A DNA stretch of 64,000 nt from Gemmatimonadaceae bacterium (GCA_045803545.1 JBJMOW010000005.1:1376001-1440000), one strand, 5' to 3'. Shown: positions 1 to 9,970, numbered from the stretch's first letter. Notes: generated by a model from the sequence alone, not told the origin. Numbers and translations are program-made.

Positions 1-56
1 ACGACCGCGAAATACACGATCATCAGGAGGTAGTCGATGCTTGTGAGATGGGTCAT
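1..56 (-). CDS. N-terminus of a probable sodium:solute symporter (runs off the left edge)
   Basis: Manual translation from ATG at 56 gives MTHLTSIDYLLMIVYFAVV, resembling the SSS-family start (L...DY..I..YF..V). Divergent from the LacI/SusCD locus. Only 18 complete codons are visible. Confidence 0.55.
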   Translation of the reverse strand, partial: MTHLTSIDYLLMIVYFAV

Positions 57-58
57 TG

Positions 59-154
59 CGGGATGGGGATGAGGGATGGGGGATGAGAACTGCGAAACGC
101 GGTCAGGGCGCGCATATCTCGCCGCGCCCGCCCGCATCCCCCATCCCCATCCCA
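59..154. repeat. Inverted pair of GGGATG/CATCCC short tandem tracts
   Basis: Four (N)GGGATG units at 59-85 and three CATCCC(N) units at 135-154 are mutually complementary. Confidence 0.7.
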
Positions 155-246
155 CTTCGACCGCGAAACTAGCCCCATAACGCCACAACCGCAAACGGAT
201 GAGCTGTCACTTGACACCACTTCCGCGGCGCGCCATGCTCTCTGGC

Positions 247-258
247 CGAACCGGTTTG
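247..258. promoter_or_regulatory. Candidate LacI-family operator
   Basis: cgAACCGGTTtg palindrome with central CG, about 50 nt upstream of the LacI ATG at 304. Confidence 0.3.
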
Positions 259-303
259 AATGAGTTCAAGGCGGTTCGGAGGCGAGTCCTGTCGATCCCG
301 ATT

Positions 304-1377
304 ATGACGGAAAAGCGTCCCACCATCTCCGACGTCGCACGCCAGACCGGTGTCTCTAAAGCCACCGTTTCCGCAGTGCTGAACGACAGCGAAGGTGTCA
401 ACATCGACACCCGCGATCGTGTGCTCGCCACCATCGAGTCGCTCAACTATCGGCCGACGCAGCAGTCGGGATTGAGAGCCGCGACTCGCTACCGCAGTAT
501 CGCGCTCATCATCAAAGAGTACGACAACCCGTACTACGACGAAGTGACCTCCGGCGTGCGCGAATACGCCGAGTCTCAGGGATACATGTTGTTCGTCGTC
601 AGCAGCGAAGGCAGCTACTCCGCGGAAAAACGCGCGGTGGAGTTACTGCGCGAGAAAGGCGTCGACGGTTTGATTGCCGCGCCGGTGATGGACGAGCACG
701 CCGATCTCTCGCACTTCTACGAGCTCAAGCGCCGGAACTTTCCGTTCGTTTTTCTGGAGCAGGTGCGCGGCGTTCCGGCGAGTCTGGTCGATTTGGAGAA
801 CATCAGCGCCTCGCAAAAGGCTGTCGAGTATTTGCTCTCGCTCGGCCATCGCCGCGTCGCGCACTTCGCCGGGCCGAAATACTCGTTGCACAGCGAAGAG
901 CGCGCGAATGGCGTCCGCCGCGCTTATAGCAGCACGCACCTCGTGCTCGCGCCGGAGGACATCATCGTCGCCGGCGCGCACTTCGAGGATGGTTTCCGCT
1001 GCGGCCGCACTTTGTTCGAGTCTCGCGCGAGAGATCAATGGCCAACCGCGATCACCTGCTACAACGACCTCGTCGCGATGGGGTTGGTGAAAGCCATCAT
1101 CGATCTCGGGATGACAGTCCCGGACGATCTGTCCGTGATTGGCTTCGACGACATCAAGTTCTGCGAGACGTTCCTCGTGCCTCTCACGACGGTGCGTGTC
1201 CCCAAGTTCGACATGGGCAATCGCGCCGCCCGCATGCTTATCGATCACATCGAATCGAGAGAGGCGGTGACACCGCAGCGTCACTATCTCGATGCAACAC
1301 TGGTAATTCGCAAATCGACAGCACCGCTTTCCGTATCCCGCTTCCCGCATCCCGCGACAACCGGAGGTAACCCTTGA
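304..1377 (+). CDS. LacI-family transcriptional regulator
   Basis: HTH PTISDVARQTGVSKATVSAVLN, sugar-binding domain, VPDDLSVIGFDD. Start moved to ATG 304 (MTEKRPT). Confidence 0.93.
   Translation: MTEKRPTISDVARQTGVSKATVSAVLNDSEGVNIDTRDRVLATIESLNYRPTQQSGLRAATRYRSIALIIKEYDNPYYDEVTSGVREYAESQGYMLFVVSSEGSYSAEKRAVELLREKGVDGLIAAPVMDEHADLSHFYELKRRNFPFVFLEQVRGVPASLVDLENISASQKAVEYLLSLGHRRVAHFAGPKYSLHSEERANGVRRAYSSTHLVLAPEDIIVAGAHFEDGFRCGRTLFESRARDQWPTAITCYNDLVAMGLVKAIIDLGMTVPDDLSVIGFDDIKFCETFLVPLTTVRVPKFDMGNRAARMLIDHIESREAVTPQRHYLDATLVIRKSTAPLSVSRFPHPATTGGNP
1327..1354 (+). repeat. Four degenerate CTTCCCG heptamers in the LacI 3' end
   Basis: ctttccg-tatcccg-cttcccg-catcccg, encoding LSVSRFPHPA. Confidence 0.65.
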
Positions 1378-4300
1378 AGAACAACTCTAGCCGTGCACTA
1401 CGCAGAGTGGCCAGCTTCCTCACGCTCGTCGGCGTGATCGGAGCCGCGCTCTGTTATTTCGCTTCCTCGCTGAGTGCTCAAGGCACGGTGGGCACGATCA
1501 CCGGCGTGGTGACCGGAGAGGGCGGAGTTCCCGTCAGCGGCGTCCAGGTGACGCTGGTGAATCGCGGAATGGGCGCGACAACCGACATTAACGGCCGCTA
1601 CACCATTGGCCGAGTACCGACGGGTACTTACACGATTCGCGCCCAACGAATCGGCTTCGCGCCAGTGTCGCAACAAGTCACCGTCCTCAACGGTGAGGTC
1701 GTCACCGGGAGTTTCAGCATGACCCAGGTCGCGACGACGCTCACCACGCAGGTGGTCGTCGGCTACACGACCCAGCAACGACGCGATGTATCCGATGCCG
1801 TGGCGAGCGTGCGTGGCGACGAGCTCAGGGACCAGAAAGTCGCGACCCTCGAGGAAGCGCTGCGAGGCCGCGTGCCGGGCGTCAACGTCGTGGCATCAGG
1901 TGAGCCAGGAAGACCGGCACAGGTGATCATTCGCGGACAGAACTTCATCAGCGGCGGTGTCTCTCCGCTCTATGTAGTTGATGGGATGTACCTGTCCGAG
2001 AATCCGAATCTCAATCCCGACGATGTCGAATCGATCGAGGTGCTGAAGGACGCGTCGGCAGCCGCGCAGTATGGAGCGCAGGCGGCGAACGGAGTGATCG
2101 TCATCCGCACCAAGCACGGCGTCGCCGGCGAAACGCGGACCGAGGTGCATTCCTACTACGGCTCGCAGAGCCTGCCCAGGAAGATTCCGATGATGAACGC
2201 AGCCGAGTGGGCGGCAATTACGTCAGCGTCTTACGCGGCAGCCGGACAGACTCCACCGACGGGCGTCGTGAATCCGACGGTCAGTACCGACTGGCAGAGC
2301 GCTGTATTCCAGACGGGCAACATTCAGGATCACAACCTGTCGTTTTCCGGTGGATCACCAGCGCAGGACTACATGCTCGGCGCCGGCTATTTCGAGCAGA
2401 AAGGAACCATCGTCGAGACCGGATTCAAGCGCTTCAGCCTGCGACTGAATAGCGAGGCACGCCGGAACCGCTTCACCATCGGTGAGAACCTCGCATTGTC
2501 GCAGTCGAACAGGACGAACCTGAACGGATTTCCGCTGATCGATGCCATGCGGATGTTCCCGACGATTCCAGTGTACGATCCGAGCAACGTCGGCGGTTTC
2601 GGATACGGGACTGATGCCAATCCGAACTTTGGTACCAATCCGGTTGGCCAGCAGCTCGCGCGCAGCAACACCGACAGGTCGAACCAGGTCATCGGAACGG
2701 CATACGGCGATATCGCGTTGTTTGGCGGTCTGCATTACCGCGGCAACCTCGGCCTGAACTACGCAAATAATCTCAATCGGAACTTCAGCAGCATCGCGCA
2801 GCTCCGCTATCGCACGCCGCAGATCAACGGCGCAACGCTGAGCGAACAGACGGGCAGCATCACCTCTCTGCTGTTCGAGAACTTGTTGCTGTTCAACAAC
2901 AGCTTCCGCAATGGAGTCCACAAGCTGAATGCGGCAGCGGGGATCACATCGCAGCGTCAGGACGACAACGAGCTCTACGTCTATCGTCAGGGATTTACCG
3001 ACGAGAGTCTGACGCAGATCGACGCCGGCTCGACGTCAAACCTGAACAACCGCGGCTGGCTCATTCAGAACCGGTTGAACGCGATGCTGCTCCGCGCGAA
3101 TTACACATTGCTCGACCGCTATCTCTTCACCGGCAGCGTCCGACGTGATGGCTCGTCGCGCTTCGGACCGGGCAATCGCTACGCGAACTTCTCCGCCGGC
3201 TCCGTCGGCTGGGTGCTGAGCGACGAAGGATTCTACAAGAGCATTCCGCTTGTGAACCGCGCGGTAGACTACCTGAAGATCCGCGCCAGTACCGGCACGC
3301 TCGGTAATCAGGACATCGGCGACTACCAGTACAGCTCTCCGATCATTCAGAATCAGAATTACATGTTCGGCGGCAACGTCGTCGCCGGTTCGACGCAGCT
3401 TAGTCTCGCCAATCCCGGTATTCGGTGGCAGAGCAACAAGCAGACGAACATCGGCTTCGACTTCGGCCTGCTCGATGACGTCCTTACTCTGAGCGCCGAT
3501 CACTACACCTCGACGTCGCAGGGCTTGCTCGTTACCGCGCCAATTCCGTGGAGTCTCGGCTCGAGCGTGCAGGTTCCCGATTATCCGTTCATCGTGCCGC
3601 AAAACCCGGTGGTCAATGCCGGATCGGTACGCAATACCGGCTTCGAGTTCAACGTCGCGCACCACCTCGACAAATCAGCGTTCAAGCTGAATACGACGCT
3701 GAACTTCACCACCATTCACAACCGTGTCGTATCGCTCGGCAATGGCGGGCAGCCGATTTATGCGGGCTTCGACAACGTCGCGCGTACCGCCGTCGGTCAC
3801 CCGATTGGCGAATTCTGGGTTTATCACACGGCTGGGATTTTCCAGTCAGCCGCCGACGTCGCTGCCCATCCGGCGCAGGCAGGTGCCCAGCCTGGTGACG
3901 TGATCTTCGTCGACAGGGATGGCAACGGCGTCCTCGACGACAACGATCGCTACGCGGCGGGAAGCGGGATTCCCAAATGGACCGGCGGCCTCTTCTTCGA
4001 CGGGCATTTCAACGCGTTTGACTTCGCGTTGAACATGCACGGTACGCACGGCAACAAGATCTTCAACGTCGAGCGGTACTGGTCCGATCGCACCGACGAT
4101 CCACAGAATCATCGGTCTGACTATTCGCCGTGGACCCCGACGAACCCAAGCACCACCACGCCGCGCGCGGTGTTCGGCCCGGCTGGATTCTCGAACGACC
4201 GTCAGAACTCCGATCGCTGGATCGAAGACGGATCGTACTGGCGCATTCAGAACCTGGTGCTCGGATACACTCTTCCGACGTCGATGATGCAGCGTACACG

Positions 4301-4478
4301 CATCGGCTCGGCCCCGCGGATTTATCTCAACATTCAGAACCTGCACACGTTTACGAGTTACTCGGGTTGGGATCCGGAGATCCTCGGCCTGGCGGATCCA
4401 CTGGCAAGAGGAATCGACGATGGGCGCATCTATCCAAACGTCCGGACGTTCTCGTTCGGGCTTGATCTGAGGATGTGA
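1374..4478 (+). CDS. susC: SusC/RagA-family TonB-dependent outer membrane receptor
   Basis: Carboxypeptidase-regulatory-like N-domain, plug signature LNPDDVESIEVLKDASAAAQYGAQAANGVIVIRTK, RRDGSSRFG, C-terminal YPNVRTFSFGLDLRM. Confidence 0.93.
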   Translation: MKNNSSRALRRVASFLTLVGVIGAALCYFASSLSAQGTVGTITGVVTGEGGVPVSGVQVTLVNRGMGATTDINGRYTIGRVPTGTYTIRAQRIGFAPVSQQVTVLNGEVVTGSFSMTQVATTLTTQVVVGYTTQQRRDVSDAVASVRGDELRDQKVATLEEALRGRVPGVNVVASGEPGRPAQVIIRGQNFISGGVSPLYVVDGMYLSENPNLNPDDVESIEVLKDASAAAQYGAQAANGVIVIRTKHGVAGETRTEVHSYYGSQSLPRKIPMMNAAEWAAITSASYAAAGQTPPTGVVNPTVSTDWQSAVFQTGNIQDHNLSFSGGSPAQDYMLGAGYFEQKGTIVETGFKRFSLRLNSEARRNRFTIGENLALSQSNRTNLNGFPLIDAMRMFPTIPVYDPSNVGGFGYGTDANPNFGTNPVGQQLARSNTDRSNQVIGTAYGDIALFGGLHYRGNLGLNYANNLNRNFSSIAQLRYRTPQINGATLSEQTGSITSLLFENLLLFNNSFRNGVHKLNAAAGITSQRQDDNELYVYRQGFTDESLTQIDAGSTSNLNNRGWLIQNRLNAMLLRANYTLLDRYLFTGSVRRDGSSRFGPGNRYANFSAGSVGWVLSDEGFYKSIPLVNRAVDYLKIRASTGTLGNQDIGDYQYSSPIIQNQNYMFGGNVVAGSTQLSLANPGIRWQSNKQTNIGFDFGLLDDVLTLSADHYTSTSQGLLVTAPIPWSLGSSVQVPDYPFIVPQNPVVNAGSVRNTGFEFNVAHHLDKSAFKLNTTLNFTTIHNRVVSLGNGGQPIYAGFDNVARTAVGHPIGEFWVYHTAGIFQSAADVAAHPAQAGAQPGDVIFVDRDGNGVLDDNDRYAAGSGIPKWTGGLFFDGHFNAFDFALNMHGTHGNKIFNVERYWSDRTDDPQNHRSDYSPWTPTNPSTTTPRAVFGPAGFSNDRQNSDRWIEDGSYWRIQNLVLGYTLPTSMMQRTRIGSAPRIYLNIQNLHTFTSYSGWDPEILGLADPLARGIDDGRIYPNVRTFSFGLDLRM

Positions 4479-4481
4479 CCA

Positions 4482-6011
4482 ATGAAATCGACTACACAGA
4501 ATCAGACGAGATCAACAATGAGAATGAAGTTTTTATGCGCGTTGGTGTGGCCGGTGGTTGTCGGTGCCGCGCTCGCTGCGTGCACCCAGGATTTGAACAT
4601 CACCAATCCGAACGCGCCCAACACCGCTGATTTCTGGCGGACCCAGGCGGACGCAATCTCGGGTATCAACGCCACCTACAGCGGACTCGAGCAGCGCGGC
4701 ACGTACCAGCGCTGGCTGGCCTTCGCATTTGACATTCGCTCGGATGAGGGTATGAGCCTCAGTCCGTGGACGGAGCTTCGCCAGTGGAACGGATTCGTTC
4801 AGGGCGACTACAATTTCGAGCCGAGCCGAGAGATCTGGTGGCACACCTACTGGACGATCTTCCGCGCCAACCAGGTCATTGCGTACGTGCCGAATATCGA
4901 CATGGATGCGACGCTGCGCTCGCGCATCGTTGGCGAGGCGAAGTTCCTGCGCGCGCTGATGTATTTCAACCTCGTAAATCTGTACGGCAACGTGCCGCTG
5001 ATTCTCGCGCCATCGGCACCGACCGATCGTCCGGCCAACGCGACGCCCGCCGAAATCTACACGCAGATCGAGACAGATCTGACCGAAGCGGCCAGCGTGC
5101 TGCCGACATCGTATTCGGCGACCGATGTCGGTCGCGCGACGAAGGGTGCGGCGCTGGCACAATTGGGTAAAGCGCAGCTGCAGGAACGGAAATGGACCGA
5201 AGCAGCGGCGACGCTGGCACAGGTGGTGGCGATGCCGCAGTACAATCTGATGCCCAACTACGCCGACAACTTCACCGACAAGTTCGAGAACAACGTCGAA
5301 TCCGTCTTCGAGGTCCAGTTCGCCGACGAAGACCAGCTGTCGCAAGGTGTGTCGGGTCTCAACATCGCGCGCATGGTCGGCGCCTGTCGAGGAAATGCCG
5401 GTGTCGATCCCAGCTACTGCGATGGATTGCCCACGCATTGGTACTTCAACCAATTCTTCGCCGACACGTTGAACCGGGCCGTGTATGATCCGCGTCTCGA
5501 CGCGACGCTGTTCTGGAACCGGCCGGGAGGGATGGACGTCTACGGAACGCCCTATACCGCGCGGTACGGCGCGACGAATGACGTGGTGTACTGGAAGAAG
5601 TGGGGAGAGTACTACCTGATCGAAGATCAGAACTGGGACAACCCGATCAACTATAGGGTGATCCGCTTCGCCGATGTTCTGCTGATGTATGCAGAAGCGC
5701 TCAACGAGAGCGGACAGACAGCGGCGGCAGTTCCGTTCATACAGCGTGTGCGTACGAGAGCGGGCGCTGGCACGGTGCCAGCAGGAATGAACCAGGCGAC
5801 GATGCGCGACTACATCCTGCACGAACGTCTGATGGAGCTGGGACTCGAGCAGTCGCGCTGGCTGGATCTGGCTCGACACGACATGCTGACGGCGGCTCTA
5901 TCGACTCATGATCCGGAGTTCACGAATTTCCCGTCATTCAAAGTGCTGTTGCCGATTCCACAGAATGAGATCGATTTGAATCCGAACATGCATCAAAATC
6001 CGGGATGGTGA
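4482..6011 (+). CDS. susD: RagB/SusD-family nutrient-binding lipoprotein
   Basis: Lipobox LAAC, GEAKFLRALMYFNLV, IRFADVLLMYAEALNE, ERLMELGLEQSRWLDL, LPIPQNEIDLNPNMHQNPGW. Directly follows SusC. Confidence 0.93.
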   Translation: MKSTTQNQTRSTMRMKFLCALVWPVVVGAALAACTQDLNITNPNAPNTADFWRTQADAISGINATYSGLEQRGTYQRWLAFAFDIRSDEGMSLSPWTELRQWNGFVQGDYNFEPSREIWWHTYWTIFRANQVIAYVPNIDMDATLRSRIVGEAKFLRALMYFNLVNLYGNVPLILAPSAPTDRPANATPAEIYTQIETDLTEAASVLPTSYSATDVGRATKGAALAQLGKAQLQERKWTEAAATLAQVVAMPQYNLMPNYADNFTDKFENNVESVFEVQFADEDQLSQGVSGLNIARMVGACRGNAGVDPSYCDGLPTHWYFNQFFADTLNRAVYDPRLDATLFWNRPGGMDVYGTPYTARYGATNDVVYWKKWGEYYLIEDQNWDNPINYRVIRFADVLLMYAEALNESGQTAAAVPFIQRVRTRAGAGTVPAGMNQATMRDYILHERLMELGLEQSRWLDLARHDMLTAALSTHDPEFTNFPSFKVLLPIPQNEIDLNPNMHQNPGW

Positions 6012-7234
6012 GACTGAAGCGGGACCGAGGCCCGATGACTAAGTGCATCGATCATCGCGGACTAAGTGAGAATCTTGGACTAAAGCGCGCTTTTGTCTGC
6101 AATTCTCGATTAGTCAGCAATCATAGATGCCGTTGGTCATCGGGCCTCGGTCAAAGCTTGCAGCTCACAGCTTTTCTGCTCGTTGCCGCCGCATGCTCCA
6201 ATGCCGCGCACAATGGCACCACTGCGCCTCCGCCCGTCGGGTGCACTTTCAAGAATCCAATCGACGACGGGGCGGATCCGTGGATAGTCAAGAGCGGCAC
6301 GAACTATTACTACGTCGAGTCGAAGGACAATGGCATTTATGTCTATCGCTCGACTGCATTGACGGCGCCGAAGCAGAATCCGGTGAAGGTGTGGACTGCC
6401 CCGGCGTCGGGGTGGAACGAGACCAACATTTGGGCGCCGGAGCTACATCACATTGGCACCCACTGGTACATCTACTATGCCGGTGGCCAGCGTCATCCGA
6501 ACGGACAGGACGCGCCGTTTACGACGCAGCATGCAGGCGTGCTCGAATCAGATGTCGACGATCCGCAGGGCAACTACACGGATCGCGGAATGCTGTACAC
6601 TGGTGATGATGTTCAGGGTGGGACCAACAACGTTTGGGCGATCGATCTGACCGTTCACACAATCAATGGTCAGCAGTACGCGGTGTGGTCGGGTTGGGAT
6701 CAAAACAATCCGACGACTGACAAGATCTCGCAGAATCTTTATATCGCGCGGATGTCGAGCCCGACTACGATTTCAACGAGTCGCGTAAAGCTGGCGGCTC
6801 CCGATCAAAGCTGGGAGAGCGGCCCCGAGCTGGCGCTCGAGGAAGGACCCGAATTCCTGGAACACAACGGCAACACCTTCATCATTTACTCGACCAACGA
6901 CTCGTGGCTGCCGTCGTATCAGCTCGGTGAGCTGCGAATGACATCATCGACTGCGGATCCCTTGAGCGCGAGCAGCTATACGAAAGTAGGACCTGTCTTC
7001 TCTGGGGCCACCGACGTTTACGGTGTCGGTCACGCGAGCTTCACCGTTTCACCGGACGGCACCGAAGACTGGATCGTGTACCACTCGAAGAAAGACCCTG
7101 CGCCCGGTTGGAATCGCGCGATTCGCGCGCAAAAGTTCACCTGGGCCGCCGATGGATCACCGGCGTTTGGCACTCCGACGCCGACGGGTCAGGCCGTCGC
7201 GATGCCGGCAGGACAATGCATGGGACTCGACTAA
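6005..7234 (+). CDS. Glycoside hydrolase family 43 lipoprotein (arabinofuranosidase/xylosidase-like)
   Basis: GADPW, WAPELH, WAID and EEGPE carry the GH43 catalytic D/D/E; GVGHASF also present. Lipobox LLVAAAC implies the true start is downstream of 6005. Confidence 0.88.
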   Translation: MVRLKRDRGPMTKCIDHRGLSENLGLKRAFVCNSRLVSNHRCRWSSGLGQSLQLTAFLLVAAACSNAAHNGTTAPPPVGCTFKNPIDDGADPWIVKSGTNYYYVESKDNGIYVYRSTALTAPKQNPVKVWTAPASGWNETNIWAPELHHIGTHWYIYYAGGQRHPNGQDAPFTTQHAGVLESDVDDPQGNYTDRGMLYTGDDVQGGTNNVWAIDLTVHTINGQQYAVWSGWDQNNPTTDKISQNLYIARMSSPTTISTSRVKLAAPDQSWESGPELALEEGPEFLEHNGNTFIIYSTNDSWLPSYQLGELRMTSSTADPLSASSYTKVGPVFSGATDVYGVGHASFTVSPDGTEDWIVYHSKKDPAPGWNRAIRAQKFTWAADGSPAFGTPTPTGQAVAMPAGQCMGLD

Positions 7235-7296
7235 CGGCCGACATCCAGCTGCGTTGATCGCCGCGCGGCGCGGCAGCAATTTGTGGAGTTACTGAC

Positions 7297-7902
7297 TTAC
7301 GCCGCGCGGAATGCGTTAGCGCACCATCGACTCGTGTCGTTCTCGAGTTGAATCGTCGCTCCGGTGTTGGTTCCCAGTTGGGCAACCGTTTCGCGTACCG
7401 CGCTGGCGACACAGAGAGAGGCGTCCTCAGCCGTCAGGCCGGCGGTGCGTAACCCGGTGGCATGAGCCTCGACCATTTCGCGCATGCGAAGACGCTCGAC
7501 GCGGCAGGATTGGAGTAACCTGCTGCGCTCCACACGTTGGACAAAATTTTCCTCCAACGCGGCTTTAGCATGGGCGTGGAGCGCTTGAGCGCGGTTCATT
7601 CTGACGAGGTGGGCGAAAAGCGCGGAGCTGAGGGTGCGGCTACTGCCATTGACCTTAGCGGAGATTCTGCTGGCCCTCTCTGAAAGCGCCCACAGCTCGC
7701 GCTCATTGAGCTGGTGCCAATTCCGCGGGAAAATCCAGAGCCGCCGCACCATTTCTCGGGAGTCGAAAACCAGAGAGACAGCTCCCTGTGCCCCGGGCAC
7801 GCCGTGCCCATCAGCCTCGCGCACGATCCACGTCACGTCGTCGCGTTTGAAGCTCCGGCATGGCGAGTGAGTGACTGCAGAATCCGGCCGCCCCGCCCTC
7901 AT
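7297..7902 (-). CDS. Hypothetical protein
   Basis: 201-aa ORF filling the gap between convergent GH43 and the antiporter, with protein-like composition (W.VRE...PGA...SLVFDS...RRLW..P.NW..L). Confidence 0.65.
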   Translation of the reverse strand: MRAGRPDSAVTHSPCRSFKRDDVTWIVREADGHGVPGAQGAVSLVFDSREMVRRLWIFPRNWHQLNERELWALSERASRISAKVNGSSRTLSSALFAHLVRMNRAQALHAHAKAALEENFVQRVERSRLLQSCRVERLRMREMVEAHATGLRTAGLTAEDASLCVASAVRETVAQLGTNTGATIQLENDTSRWCANAFRAA

Positions 7903-7999
7903 AATCTCATTTTAGCCTTCCCCCGCGATAGCGCAATCCTCGTCCGGTACGGAAGTGACTCCCGAGGCGTATCGGCGCCGCGACGCGTCCGACGCTATC

Positions 8000-9709
8000 C
8001 TATGGCGTCGAGGCTGGGATCGCGCTCGGCACTTCGCTGGCCGGCTCTATCACGGGGTCGTTGGACTCGAGCAGAATCGTCTCGAGATCGAGATCACGGA
8101 GGATTCGACGCATCACATCGTCGCCAATCACCCCGCGATCGCGCAGGCCGAGCACCGCCTGCTGCTCGGCCTTGAGCATTGCGGATCTCAGGTGCCGGTA
8201 TTCGTCAGCCCGACGCTCGTCGATCACTGCGGCTTCGTGTGAGGGGGCGATTGTTAGATGCTCGTGCGGCTCGTCGCCGGTGTGGACCTCGTGTGCGCGC
8301 TCCTTCTGCTCCTTGGCCGCCCAGCGCCGGGCGCGTTGGCGGTGGCGGACCGCGAGGTAACGTGCGACCTCGGGATATTTGCCGGCCTTCGCGAAGTCAT
8401 CGATGACGCGCAACCCGGCTTCGGCAGCGGCGAGGCGAGCGTGTGCTTCTTCAGCGCCTTCGTTTTCATCCACGCCCACGCGTAATCGCCGCGCGAGCCA
8501 CGCAACCGTTGGACCCTGGAGTACCAGCGTGAAGAAAATGACCCCGAAGGTGATGAAGATGATCTGCGCGCGTGCGGGGAATGCGACGCCGCTGGCAGTG
8601 GTTAGCGGGAGCGCCAGTGCGAGCACCAGGGAATCCGCGCCGCGCAACCCTGTCCATGAGATGAAGAAGACCACACGCAATGGCGGCAGCGGATCGTCGC
8701 CCAGTCCGACCCAGCGTCCAAGTGTGCGGAAGATATAAGTGCTGGGAATCGCCCAAAGGATTCGCACTAGTACTACGAAAACGCTAACCACCAATGCTTC
8801 TCTAAACAGCGTCGCCAGCGGCACCCTCTCGAGCGAACCCGCGACGATCGGTAGCTCGAGGCCGACAAGAATGAAAATCAGACTCTCGAGTAGAAAAGTC
8901 ACGATTGTCCACGTGCTGGCGACAAGCAGTCGTGTCGCCGCTGGCTGCTCGGGCCAGAGTGTGCGTGCCAGATAGAGACCGCACGCCAGCACGGACAGCA
9001 CACCAGATGTGCCGAGGAAATCCGCCGCGAGATACGCGGCGAACGGCGTGAGCAGAGAGAGTGTGTTCGAGACGACGGTGATGTCGCGAGCGAGGCGATG
9101 CGCGCGTGCGATCACCCAGCCGAGCGCGAGCCCGATAATGACACCGCCGGCGCCGGCGATAAGGAACTGTATCACCGCGTGGGACATCGAGAACGCCCCT
9201 GTCACAACGGCCGCCACGGAGAAGCGATAGAGAATCAGCGCCGTCGCATCGTTCAACAGACCTTCGCCTTCGAGAATGCTCTCGACGGTGCGCGGCAATC
9301 GCATCGCGCGTAGCACCGACAACACGGCGACCGGATCGGGCGGCGAGATGATCGCGCCGAGTGTGAACGCCGCCGCCCAGGTGAAGGCAGGATGGAGTGC
9401 GTGTGCGACTGCAGCTACGGCCAGCGTTGTCACCAGGACCATCACCACCGACAGCCGCAGAATCGGACCAGCTTGTTGTCGAAGCTCGCGCAGCGGAAAC
9501 TGGATAGCGCCGGCGTAGAGCAGCGGCGGGATGAAAATCAGAAACAAAACATCCGGCGAGAGATTTACACGGGGCAGGCCGGGCACGAGGGCGAGGATGA
9601 ATCCGCCGACTACCAGCACCGTCGGATAAGGGATGTTCACTCGCTCGGCCGCGATGCGGAGACCGGCGGCGACGGCGAGGCAAATCAGGATTAGCTCGAG
9701 ACCGTGCAC
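8000..9709 (-). CDS. Na+/H+ antiporter, CPA1 family (NhaP/YvgP-like)
   Basis: Multiple TM helices, ISPPDPVAV, ILEGEGLLNDATAL, WTGLRG, C-terminal GVIGDDVMRRILRDLDLE. Confidence 0.92.
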   Translation of the reverse strand: MHGLELILICLAVAAGLRIAAERVNIPYPTVLVVGGFILALVPGLPRVNLSPDVLFLIFIPPLLYAGAIQFPLRELRQQAGPILRLSVVMVLVTTLAVAAVAHALHPAFTWAAAFTLGAIISPPDPVAVLSVLRAMRLPRTVESILEGEGLLNDATALILYRFSVAAVVTGAFSMSHAVIQFLIAGAGGVIIGLALGWVIARAHRLARDITVVSNTLSLLTPFAAYLAADFLGTSGVLSVLACGLYLARTLWPEQPAATRLLVASTWTIVTFLLESLIFILVGLELPIVAGSLERVPLATLFREALVVSVFVVLVRILWAIPSTYIFRTLGRWVGLGDDPLPPLRVVFFISWTGLRGADSLVLALALPLTTASGVAFPARAQIIFITFGVIFFTLVLQGPTVAWLARRLRVGVDENEGAEEAHARLAAAEAGLRVIDDFAKAGKYPEVARYLAVRHRQRARRWAAKEQKERAHEVHTGDEPHEHLTIAPSHEAAVIDERRADEYRHLRSAMLKAEQQAVLGLRDRGVIGDDVMRRILRDLDLETILLESNDPVIEPASEVPSAIPASTP

Positions 9710-9970
9710 TTGCTAAACGGCTTTAGTATTCCGTAATCCCACTGTCATCCTTGCGCTAAAACATACGCCGCAACCCGCTCACGATTTGCATTTCGCGGCA
9801 AACCGCTTCGGTAGCGGGTATACCATTAAGGGGCTAACCGATTGGGCGACAAGCGGTTACAAAACCGCTCGGGTGACGAGGAATTTCCTCGATTAGTGGT
9901 TGCCGCTCCGCGAGCCCCTGAGTCCAATGCATGAACGGTGAATTCTCGCCGGGCCCAAAGGAGATACACA

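Noticed and set aside
4533..5879. 448-aa minus-strand ORF
   Set aside because: Antisense shadow of SusD with no recognisable motifs, typical of high-GC DNA.
9796..9862. c-di-GMP-I (GEMM) riboswitch upstream of the pilin (GGCAAACC...GG...GGCTAA...GGTTAC)
   Set aside because: Lacks the GNRA tetraloop and the GACGCAAAGC junction, and no clear P1 pairing. Only an Rfam covariance search could rescue it.
9897..9911. Sigma-54 promoter for the pilin (GG-N10-GC)
   Set aside because: Only the dinucleotides match; the flanks TGGTTG and TCCGC deviate from TGGCAC and TTGC, which is expected by chance at this GC content.
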